Assembly: GCF_964030745.1 (NCBI RefSeq)
Contig: NZ_OZ034918.1
Span: 60,001-92,000 of the forward strand
Source: Candidatus Saccharimonadota bacterium
GTDB lineage: Bacteria; Bacteroidota; Bacteroidia; Cytophagales; Amoebophilaceae
DNA length: 32,000 nt
Reading direction: 5' to 3'
Each line of letters starts with the position of its first letter. Within the stretch, counting starts at the first letter, position 1. Under the pieces are notes generated by a model. The model was not told where the DNA came from and did not search any database. It saw nothing but the letters and a program-made list of their open reading frames with translations. Below are positions 17,624-25,000 of the stretch, piece by piece. A program made the position numbers and the translations under genes.

Positions 17624-17695
17624 TGTCCGGTAGTGTAATGGCAACACGTCTGGTTTTGGTCCAGAAGACTCTAGGTTCGACCCCTAGCCGGACAA
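17624..17695 (+). tRNA. tRNA-Gln (anticodon UUG)
   Basis: Cloverleaf by eye. The acceptor stem tgtccgg (17624-17630) pairs with ccggaca (17688-17694), with discriminator A. The anticodon arm is tctgg-ttTTGgt-ccaga, with TTG in the anticodon position. The T arm is ctagg-ttcgacc-cctag. U1:A72 is typical of bacterial tRNA-Gln. CCA is not encoded. Confidence 0.9.
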
Positions 17696-17733
17696 CTTTT
17701 AAGCAACCCCTTAAAGCATAATAAATCATCAAG

Positions 17734-19074
17734 ATGTTAGGTTTGTACCATATACGCAGGGCAATAAGAGTAGGCTTTCCTTGTTTTACGTTACTAACGG
17801 CTGCTCATGTAGGATTGGCAAAACAGGAAAAAAATAAGCAAACGGCTGTTGTAGCGCCTACAATACAAAAAGTAGTACCTGATGTCGACAAAGCTAACAT
17901 TGCTAATAAAAACAAGCTGCAAAGTGATCTAGAAGCTGAAAATGCACTCAATCGAGCACGTTTGGAAAAACAACTCTCCACCATCATTGCTCAAATTGAG
18001 CAGCTTCGCCTTGAAAAAGAACGTCAACGCCTAGACAAGGAGATAGAGGATGAAAATGTACGCAGGGAGCATGACAAAGAGATGCGTTTGCTCAACATGA
18101 AAAGGGAAAAACTGGCCATCAAACTAGAACTAGCAAAAGTTAAGTTAATGATGCAAATGGAACAGTATGACAGTCAATTGCTTAAAATTGGGAAAAAAAT
18201 AGAATTAGAAAAAGGAGAAACACAACTACTACAAGAAGCTGCCCATCGATTACAAGCAGAAATGGAAACCTTACAGGCCCAAGCAGCGCGAGACAAGCAT
18301 ATTCAAAAAAAGCCTATTTACCTAAAAGACCCATTGATCAAGAAAAGCAATACCTTAGTCCTTTCGGATCGATGCATTGACTTAAATGGGGCGATTACAC
18401 CTTGGAAGGCAAATTACATTGTAGATCAAATTCACTATTTTAATAATAAAAGTAATGAATACCCTATATTTTTGGTCATTGGTGATTCCCCAGGCGGGTA
18501 TATAAGTGCAGGGTGGAATATTTTACAAGCAATAGAACATAGCAAAGCACCTGTTTACGTGGTTGTAAAAACATGCGCCGCTTCTATGGCAGCTATGATT
18601 ACCACATTGGCCACTAAATCTTATGCTTATCCAAATGCTAAAATCCTACATCATCAGCCCTTTTCCTGCGTTTGGGGTAATCTCAGAGAAACCAAAGAGC
18701 ATTATGAGCAGCTTAATGAAATCTGGAAACGTTTAGGAAGTAGGGTAGCTAAAAAAATGGGTATATCGCTTGCAGCATTTGATAAAAAGCTCTACGAGAA
18801 GTCTATGTATGGGGACTGGATGGAGTATGGTAACAAAGCTAAAAAGCTTAAATGGGTCGATTACGTAATTGATGGTATTCAAAATAGTGCGGTAAGCAGC
18901 CTACCAGAAGCAGTCAACTATACTTTCGAACAATTTATAAAGCACCATTATGGCTTTGATGCTGGAAAAGGAAAGGAACAATCTTCAGAAGAGGAATATT
19001 ACCAAGCGCTAGCGCCTCACGATTTTGACTATAGGCACAGACCTGGTCGAAAAGATCAGATAGTGACTAAGTAA
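17734..19074 (+). CDS. secreted or membrane-anchored ClpP-like (S14/ClpP-crotonase fold) serine protease with a long N-terminal coiled coil
   Basis: 446 aa. The N-terminus carries a hydrophobic signal-like segment (FPCFTLLTAAHVGLA). Residues from about 60 to 190 are heptad-rich and charged (LEAENALNRARLEKQLSTIIAQIEQLRLEKERQRLDKE...). The C-terminal half follows the ClpP pattern: IDLNGAI...IFLVIGDSPGGYISAGWNILQAI...VKTCAASMAAMI...AKILHHQP...GDWMEYGNKAKKLKWVDYVI. Confidence 0.8.
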   Translation: MLGLYHIRRAIRVGFPCFTLLTAAHVGLAKQEKNKQTAVVAPTIQKVVPDVDKANIANKNKLQSDLEAENALNRARLEKQLSTIIAQIEQLRLEKERQRLDKEIEDENVRREHDKEMRLLNMKREKLAIKLELAKVKLMMQMEQYDSQLLKIGKKIELEKGETQLLQEAAHRLQAEMETLQAQAARDKHIQKKPIYLKDPLIKKSNTLVLSDRCIDLNGAITPWKANYIVDQIHYFNNKSNEYPIFLVIGDSPGGYISAGWNILQAIEHSKAPVYVVVKTCAASMAAMITTLATKSYAYPNAKILHHQPFSCVWGNLRETKEHYEQLNEIWKRLGSRVAKKMGISLAAFDKKLYEKSMYGDWMEYGNKAKKLKWVDYVIDGIQNSAVSSLPEAVNYTFEQFIKHHYGFDAGKGKEQSSEEEYYQALAPHDFDYRHRPGRKDQIVTK

Positions 19075-19343
19075 CAAGTTGTTACAAGTCGATGTGGTTG
19101 CTCAATATCTAATTGACGCTAATTTTACGCACGCTGTCTCATCCAACCTCCTCAGAAAAAACGAACCTTGGAAGAATTGCCAATCATTCAATATTGAAAA
19201 TCCCTCCCCCAGTAGTAAATTATCCAATACAGATACTAAATTTTTGAAACAATCCAACTAAAATACTTGAATTTATTCTTATAATTTTATTATGTTGCAT
19301 CATATTTTATAATGCGTTTAAGTAACTCGTAATTTGTTTGACG

Positions 19344-21533
19344 ATGTCATCCCATATACCTTTCCTCATGGCATTACCCTTTTTGCTATTGGTCCTGATA
19401 GTGGCTTATTACCTTAAGCAAAGTGCGGCTCCATCTGGAGAGCATAGTCTAAACCACAAACAATTTGCTTATGAAATCAAAGCCATTCAACACGCCATTA
19501 GGCGTACAAAACGTCGCATCAAACAATCGTTGCAAGCCACTTCTATACAAGAAAGATTGGCTAAACTACGGCCCAGTGATGCGATAATTGGATGTACAGG
19601 ATGTTACGTTCTGCTTACCACAATATTGGACTATATAAGTGGAGGACTGACCATTTACTGGTATATATTCCAATTTTTTATAGGCATTTGGCTAATAGGT
19701 TATGGAATTGCAGCAAAAAAAAATGTCCCATCTTGGAAAATTGGTCGGTCTTGGCTCATATGCACCATTCTTTGCCTTCCTGTAAATATATTTTGGCACT
19801 GGTTTCATCTCCATGATCCTCAATTTGCCCTAACTTTATCTGTGGGGCATTTATCTGCCACTTTATTTGTTTTACCACTGTATATTAGCATAAAACTGGT
19901 TGTGACTACACTAGTAGTAATTTTGTATGCGATCTACAACATAGGTGTAGATCAGCTATTGGCTTCAAGTGATTCTTTACTCTCTCTACTAGGATTTGGC
20001 TTAATCGTTTTTGCCATTATTATTTACAATAAACGCAAAATAACTGCCTATACGCTGTACAATCGCTACTTAAAAAATCAAGTAAACCTAACAGAAAACA
20101 AAAACCATAAACCTATACAAACGCATGCCAACGCCCATTTGGACAATGCAAGTCAAAACCCATCAGACAGTGGGCCTTCTGTAGAAAAAACGATGCAGGG
20201 CGTTACTGACTTTATGTCATATTTAGATAATAAACCGCTTTACCAGCAAGACATTGAAAGTATTATCAACAACTTTATCACTTTTACTACTTTTTTAAAG
20301 CAGCGCGCCAGATCGATAGACCATATACCATTAGCACCAAATGAGATTACTATAGCTGAATTGATCTCCAAGCTAGAGACCACACTAGAAGGTAGGGCCT
20401 CATCAACTCCAAAACTGGTGGTAGAAATAAAAAACAATGCTATTCCTAAAAAAATCACATGTGATATCAATCATATGATCCAAGCATTGGTGCCTATTGT
20501 TTTACGTACCGCTAATCCAGCTATTTCAAAAGGTGATTCTGTAAACATTCAATTACATCCCACTCACTTAAAGTATACCCAAAAGCATAGTCCAAAAGTC
20601 CACCCAGAAATGCGCTTTCCAGCTATAGCACTGGTAATCAGCAACACTACTACCCCTGCCACGATACTACCACAAATTAAAAATGATTATGAGGATATTA
20701 CAGAGGGTAGGGCGCTTAAATGGCATAGCAGTCAGACAAACTTAGAGCGGATACAAGCTGAAAAGCATATCATAGAACGAGCAGTTCGTGCCCACTATGG
20801 TTACCTACGCTTTCCTATTTCTCAAAAAAGGGCTATGTTAATGGTATTGCCTTGTGATGTAGTGCAAATTCGAGATGCAATGATCGCCCAAATACCCTCT
20901 TTACATGTTCCTATTACCCAAAAAGAAATTGATCAATCGATGGAAGTATTTGTGAGATCTTATAATCACCTTTTAGAAATATCCGAAGCACGTAAAGCTG
21001 TATTAGATGAAATATTGCTATTGACCAGAAGATGCTATGGTTTTAGACGTCACCCATCAGGGCAACTCTTGTACATTCGCGCAATAGGTATTGCACAATT
21101 GGTTGCAGAATGGATACGATTTTATCCAGAGCCCATTTACGTTGTTTTACTTTATGACTTAGTCCATTATGCAGATTTACCACTTGCTTATATTAAGGCC
21201 AATTATGATCTGAGTATCTACTCTTTTATAGAGAGCATTTTAGCAGTACATGACCGTCAAAGCATGGAGCCATGTGGGCTGTATATTGGAAATGCGCTTA
21301 AACAGGTAATCAACCGGGAGCAACTTTTTGTGCTTTGCATTAAACTAGCTGAACGGCTTTATGACCTACGGCATGCGAAAAGCTATACCCAGCTAGATGA
21401 GCTAAGGTATATGGCCCAAGAAACCCTTACGATAGATATTGAACTGGCCAAAAAATATTTAAATGCTAAAATTGTAGAAGCATTGGAAAATGCAGTGGAA
21501 CAGGCACTACAAGTTTGTGAAAACAATAGCTGA
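19344..21533 (+). CDS. multi-pass membrane protein with a degenerate histidine-kinase-like module and a degenerate RelA/SpoT-type HD module (paralog 2)
   Basis: 729 aa from the ATG at 19344; the ORF track starts at a TTG two codons upstream. It is collinear with paralog 1 throughout. Manual alignment gives about 70 percent identity over the last 160 or so residues, and less in the membrane and central parts. It has an extra N-terminal insert of about 40 aa. Confidence 0.85.
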   Translation: MSSHIPFLMALPFLLLVLIVAYYLKQSAAPSGEHSLNHKQFAYEIKAIQHAIRRTKRRIKQSLQATSIQERLAKLRPSDAIIGCTGCYVLLTTILDYISGGLTIYWYIFQFFIGIWLIGYGIAAKKNVPSWKIGRSWLICTILCLPVNIFWHWFHLHDPQFALTLSVGHLSATLFVLPLYISIKLVVTTLVVILYAIYNIGVDQLLASSDSLLSLLGFGLIVFAIIIYNKRKITAYTLYNRYLKNQVNLTENKNHKPIQTHANAHLDNASQNPSDSGPSVEKTMQGVTDFMSYLDNKPLYQQDIESIINNFITFTTFLKQRARSIDHIPLAPNEITIAELISKLETTLEGRASSTPKLVVEIKNNAIPKKITCDINHMIQALVPIVLRTANPAISKGDSVNIQLHPTHLKYTQKHSPKVHPEMRFPAIALVISNTTTPATILPQIKNDYEDITEGRALKWHSSQTNLERIQAEKHIIERAVRAHYGYLRFPISQKRAMLMVLPCDVVQIRDAMIAQIPSLHVPITQKEIDQSMEVFVRSYNHLLEISEARKAVLDEILLLTRRCYGFRRHPSGQLLYIRAIGIAQLVAEWIRFYPEPIYVVLLYDLVHYADLPLAYIKANYDLSIYSFIESILAVHDRQSMEPCGLYIGNALKQVINREQLFVLCIKLAERLYDLRHAKSYTQLDELRYMAQETLTIDIELAKKYLNAKIVEALENAVEQALQVCENNS

Positions 21534-21534
21534 A

Positions 21535-22533
21535 TTAATCGCTGAATAGTTGACTACGTACAAGCGCCTCTATGCCCTCTTGCAGCCTAATAGATGGTAC
21601 CCATCCCAGTGTTGCTTTAATTTTTGTGCAGTCAAGCGCATATCGTCTATCTTGGCCAGCTCTTTGGGCAGTGAACCCAATCAAGGAAGTATAAGATTTT
21701 CCACTTAGTGGCTTTACACGATCCAGTATTTGGCAAATCATCAATGCGATTTCAAGATTGGTCCGTTCTTCATTGGCACCAATATTATAAGATTGGCCAC
21801 TTTGTCCTTTATGAAAAACACAATCAATAGCTCTAGAATGGTCTTCCACATGCAACCAGTCTCGAATACTACTTCCATCTCCATGTAATGCAATAGACTG
21901 TTCCTGTAATGCATTTTTTACCACCATAGGAATCAGCTTTTCTGGATATTGATAACGTCCATAATTATTGGTTGAGCGGGTAGTAACCGTATGGAGTCCA
22001 TAAGTATGGGCATAACCCTTGACTAGACATTCTCCTGCGGCTTTGCTAGCACTGTAGGGATTAGTTGGTGCAAGGGGAGCGGTTTCTGTAAATGGTTTAC
22101 TGCGCCCATCCAATGCACCATAGACCTCATCGGTAGAAACATACAAAAACCTATGGTGCGCATGGCGTGGCTGACCTGGTGCTTTAAACCAATGGTTATA
22201 AGCTGCATGCAACAACACACCCGTTCCTTCTACATTGGTCTTGATAAAAAGCAGGGGATCAACAATTGACCTATCTACGTGCGATTCAGCAGCCAAATGA
22301 ATGACGCCATCAAAGTTAAATGTTTGAAACAATTCCCCGACCAATACAAAGTTGGCAACATCTCCTTCTACAAAATAATAATTGGGCCGCTCCTGAAGCG
22401 CAAAAGATAGACGAGCAGCATAGGTGAGCTTATCTAAGTTAACAATATAATAATCAGGATACTTCTTCAACAACAACTCAATACAGTGGGAGCCTATAAA
22501 ACCAGCTCCACCCGTTACCAATAACTTTTGCAT
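21535..22533 (-). CDS. rfbB: dTDP-glucose 4,6-dehydratase
   Basis: MQKLLVTGGAGFIGSH Rossmann start, STDEVYG, and the YSASKAAGE catalytic Y-x3-K. The 332-aa length and overall pattern are typical of RmlB/RfbB. Confidence 0.9.
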   Translation of the reverse strand: MQKLLVTGGAGFIGSHCIELLLKKYPDYYIVNLDKLTYAARLSFALQERPNYYFVEGDVANFVLVGELFQTFNFDGVIHLAAESHVDRSIVDPLLFIKTNVEGTGVLLHAAYNHWFKAPGQPRHAHHRFLYVSTDEVYGALDGRSKPFTETAPLAPTNPYSASKAAGECLVKGYAHTYGLHTVTTRSTNNYGRYQYPEKLIPMVVKNALQEQSIALHGDGSSIRDWLHVEDHSRAIDCVFHKGQSGQSYNIGANEERTNLEIALMICQILDRVKPLSGKSYTSLIGFTAQRAGQDRRYALDCTKIKATLGWVPSIRLQEGIEALVRSQLFSD

Positions 22534-22598
22534 AACAGCAAGTTATTGAAAAAATGAATAACATCATTAGTATACCCATCTGCTTGTGGCCTAAAGGG

Positions 22599-23702
22599 CT
22601 ATTCAAATACTGTGCAATCGTTCAACTTTTTTAAAAAATTTTGAATCAATATAGGTTTGGGTAAAGTTTCAATCTCTGCGCGATTAAATGATACCAAAGA
22701 AAATTGATTGAATAGATGGTTTGCTTCTTGCAAGAAAGCTGACGTAACCTCTATTTTATGAAATTTTACCAACAACTTCTGATGGGTCAACAAATGGCGC
22801 TCCTCTTTTTCAAAAGTAACAACAGGTAAGTGATGTTTTTGGGCCAGACAAAACAAAGGATCATTCATCTGATTTACAACCAAACGCTGCTCATTTTCTA
22901 ATAAATAGAAATCATACATCCCTTTCCAAATATCACTTTTTATACGTTTTTTCATATATATAACATCCCCATATGTCAAAATGAAATAGTCAAAATAACG
23001 GATCCTTTTATGTAGCTTATTACTTTTAACAGGCAATACTTTCTGCCTATCAGTATAAAAAGCAATACAATAGTTTTTAAAAATACAGGTAGCACAACAA
23101 GGAGATGCTGGTGTACATTGGAGCGCACCAAAATCCATAATAGCTTGACTATAGGTATCAGGTTGCAAATGATCTACCAATAGAGTAGCAAATTGATGCA
23201 TTTGTTTCCTTCCTTGCGATGTACCCACATCATAGGTTAGGCCAAAAATACGTGCCAATACACGGTAAACATTTCCATCTACCGCAGCAACTACTTCTTT
23301 AAAAGCAACCGCAGCAATGGCTGCAGCTGTATAAGGTCCAATGCCCTTAAGCATTCGTAATGCTTGATAACTAGTGGGAAAAAAGCCATTATGTTGCGCA
23401 ACAATGGTTTGCGCACAATGGTGTAGGTTCCGTGCTCTACTATAGTACCCCAATCCCTGCCACAAACGTAGCACCTCCTGCTCTGTAGCACTGGCTAGAG
23501 CGGTTACGGAAGGATATTTAGCTATAAACCGCTCATAATAAGGCAACCCCTGAGCTACTCTTGTTTGTTGTAAAATAATTTCTGATAACCATATCTTATA
23601 TGGATCCTTAGTAAAACGCCAGGGTAAAGAACGCTGATGTGAGGCATACCAAGCAAGCAACAATTTACGAAAGGTAACATGGGTAAGCGTACTAATGACC
23701 AT
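22599..23702 (-). CDS. mutY: A/G-specific adenine DNA glycosylase
   Basis: LLAWYASHQRSLPWR...DPYKIWLSEIILQQTRV, the HhH motif (LKGIGPYTAAAI), and the Cx6Cx2Cx5C iron-sulfur cluster loop (CTPASPCCATCIFKNYC), followed by a C-terminal NUDIX-like domain. The start is set at the internal ATG (23700-23702, MVISTLTHVTFRK). The 87-codon upstream extension in the ORF track has no MutY counterpart and runs across the divergent promoter region. Confidence 0.85.
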   Translation of the reverse strand: MVISTLTHVTFRKLLLAWYASHQRSLPWRFTKDPYKIWLSEIILQQTRVAQGLPYYERFIAKYPSVTALASATEQEVLRLWQGLGYYSRARNLHHCAQTIVAQHNGFFPTSYQALRMLKGIGPYTAAAIAAVAFKEVVAAVDGNVYRVLARIFGLTYDVGTSQGRKQMHQFATLLVDHLQPDTYSQAIMDFGALQCTPASPCCATCIFKNYCIAFYTDRQKVLPVKSNKLHKRIRYFDYFILTYGDVIYMKKRIKSDIWKGMYDFYLLENEQRLVVNQMNDPLFCLAQKHHLPVVTFEKEERHLLTHQKLLVKFHKIEVTSAFLQEANHLFNQFSLVSFNRAEIETLPKPILIQNFLKKLNDCTVFE

Positions 23703-23886
23703 AGGCAATAGAATAACTAACAGCGTAATACATATTTTATTATATTTGGAAAACCTATTGCTACATACCTCAGTAGATAGTAGGATAGGTATTATGTATA
23801 AATGGCTGAAAATACAAAAATTTAAGTATAGCAGCCATTTTTTCGCTATAGATAAACATCCAAGCATCAGAAGGGCAAAAGATACT

Positions 23887-24684
23887 ATGAGCTTAAAATT
23901 AACCAACCCACTTATTTTTTTAGACTTAGAGACTACGGGTACCAACGTAGTACATGATCGCATCGTAGAAATTGCAATGATTAAGTTGATGCCAGATGGG
24001 AAGCGCTTAACCTTTTATAAAAGAGTCGATCCAGAACAAACCATTCCTATTGAAGCCAGTTTAATTCATGGTATTTATGCAGAGGATCTAAAAGGCAAAC
24101 CAACTTTTAAACAAATCGGTAAAGAATTGATTGCTTTTCTAAAGGGCGCTGATCTAGCTGGTTTTAATCTACTTCGTTTTGATATACCCATATTAGCAGA
24201 AAGCTTTTTGCGTGCAGATTTAGACTTTAAAGTAGAAAATCGCAAGATTGTAGATGTGCAAAAACTGTTTCACCTAATGGAAAAAAGAACATTAAAAGCA
24301 GCCTATCTATTCTATTGTCAAAAGGAGCTAGAAGGGGCCCATAATGCCATGGTAGATATAGAAGCCACACTAGAGATATTGGTAGAGCAAGTAAAAAGAT
24401 ATGAAAATCAGTCTGTAGTAGATGCTTTAGGCAATACATTAGGGATTATAAAAAATGATGTAGCTACCTTACATGATTTAACCAATACCAATATGGTTGA
24501 TTTTGCAGGCAGAATTGTTTACAACGAGCAACATATCCCTACCTTTAACTTTGGCAAACACAAAGGAAAAACAGTAGCCGAAGTGCTCAAACTAGAACCC
24601 TCTTACTATAATTGGATGATTCAAGGAGATTTTCCTTTGGATACCAAACGTAAACTAACACAAATTAAAATGGGGATCATGTAA
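23887..24684 (+). CDS. DnaQ-like (DEDDh) 3'-5' exonuclease
   Basis: The Exo I motif FLDLETTG comes right after the ATG at 23887 (MSLKLTNPLIFLDLETTG). FNLLRFDIPIL (Exo II) and HNAMVDIEAT (Exo III, H-x4-D) follow. The upstream part of the tracked ORF (from 23695) is judged non-coding. Confidence 0.85.
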   Translation: MSLKLTNPLIFLDLETTGTNVVHDRIVEIAMIKLMPDGKRLTFYKRVDPEQTIPIEASLIHGIYAEDLKGKPTFKQIGKELIAFLKGADLAGFNLLRFDIPILAESFLRADLDFKVENRKIVDVQKLFHLMEKRTLKAAYLFYCQKELEGAHNAMVDIEATLEILVEQVKRYENQSVVDALGNTLGIIKNDVATLHDLTNTNMVDFAGRIVYNEQHIPTFNFGKHKGKTVAEVLKLEPSYYNWMIQGDFPLDTKRKLTQIKMGIM

Positions 24685-24730
24685 TATACTGCTTTGTATC
24701 TGTCCAACACTATGGCCATAGTGATAAAAT

Positions 24731-24868
24731 GCCCCTGTAAAAAGTTTCGAAATAGAACCCACCCCTTGCAGATGATTGGGAAAAACAGCTTCCTTTGAAG
24801 CCCGCGCAGCGGTCGACTTCTGTTTTTCCATCTGTAAGGGATGGGTTCCGGAACTTTTTGCCGAGGGC
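24731..24868. repeat. 138-nt GC-enriched long imperfect palindrome (element A); candidate structured RNA or REP/MITE-like element
   Basis: Nested pairings run along the whole length. These are gccc/gggc, taaaaag/ctttttg, gtttcg/cggaac, gaaccca/tgggttc, ccccttgcagatg/catctgtaagggatggg, and ggaaaaacag (24779-24788)/ctgtttttcc (24820-24829). Small apical hairpins are cttc-cttt-gaag and ccgc-gca-gcgg. The core is homologous, in inverted orientation, to 28618-28676. Confidence 0.6.
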
Positions 24869-24880
24869 TTGATTTTTTAC

Positions 24881-24967
24881 CCACTTTTTTATCAAGAAAA
24901 AAGTGGAATACAATTCATTATTAACCAGTGACGTGAATAGATACGCTGCTTTTTTCAAGAAAAAAGC
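24881..24967. other. two look-alike A/T-stem hairpins upstream of priA
   Basis: ccactttttt-atcaag-aaaaaagtgg (24881-24906) and gctttttt-caag-aaaaaagc (24948-24967). Both are perfect stems built on tttttt...caag...aaaaaa. Confidence 0.4.
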
Positions 24968-25000
24968 ATATCATTTCCTTTTTAAAAACTTGCATTCCAC

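Noticed and set aside
19079-19261. 60-aa plus-strand ORF between the ClpP-like gene and paralog 2
   Set aside because: It has a TTG start and no recognisable motifs, and it lies in an A/T-rich intergenic spacer. It is most likely chance. It would need expression or conservation evidence.
17624-19344. tRNA-Gln as the integration site of a genomic island carrying the ClpP-like gene
   Set aside because: I found no direct repeat of the tRNA 3' end downstream and no integrase gene in the vicinity. The adjacency is more simply explained as co-transcription.
23703-23963. 87-codon N-terminal extension of the mutY ORF, and the reciprocal 64-codon extension (23695-23886) of the exonuclease ORF
   Set aside because: The extensions overlap each other on opposite strands across what should be the divergent promoter region. 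They are hydrophobic low-complexity translations of A/T-rich DNA. Both proteins begin their conserved domains right after the internal ATGs (23702 and 23887).
24731-24868. Element A as the SRP (4.5S) RNA or 6S RNA gene
   Set aside because: The long-hairpin shape and elevated GC suggested SRP RNA. However, neither strand contains the conserved helix-8 motif (GGUCC-GNRA-GGAAGCAGC; the closest is GGAAGCUG, with a branched rather than single apex). At 138 nt it is short for 6S, and I see no large central bubble. The homologous core in element B also argues for a repeat family rather than a single-copy housekeeping RNA.
24621-24958. Two overlapping minus-strand ORFs (87 aa and 82 aa) in the gap between the exonuclease gene and priA
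   Set aside because: They run straight through the long palindromic element A and the A/T hairpins, and they overlap each other in different frames. They have no recognisable protein features. The open frames are better explained as a by-product of the locally GC-rich palindrome.
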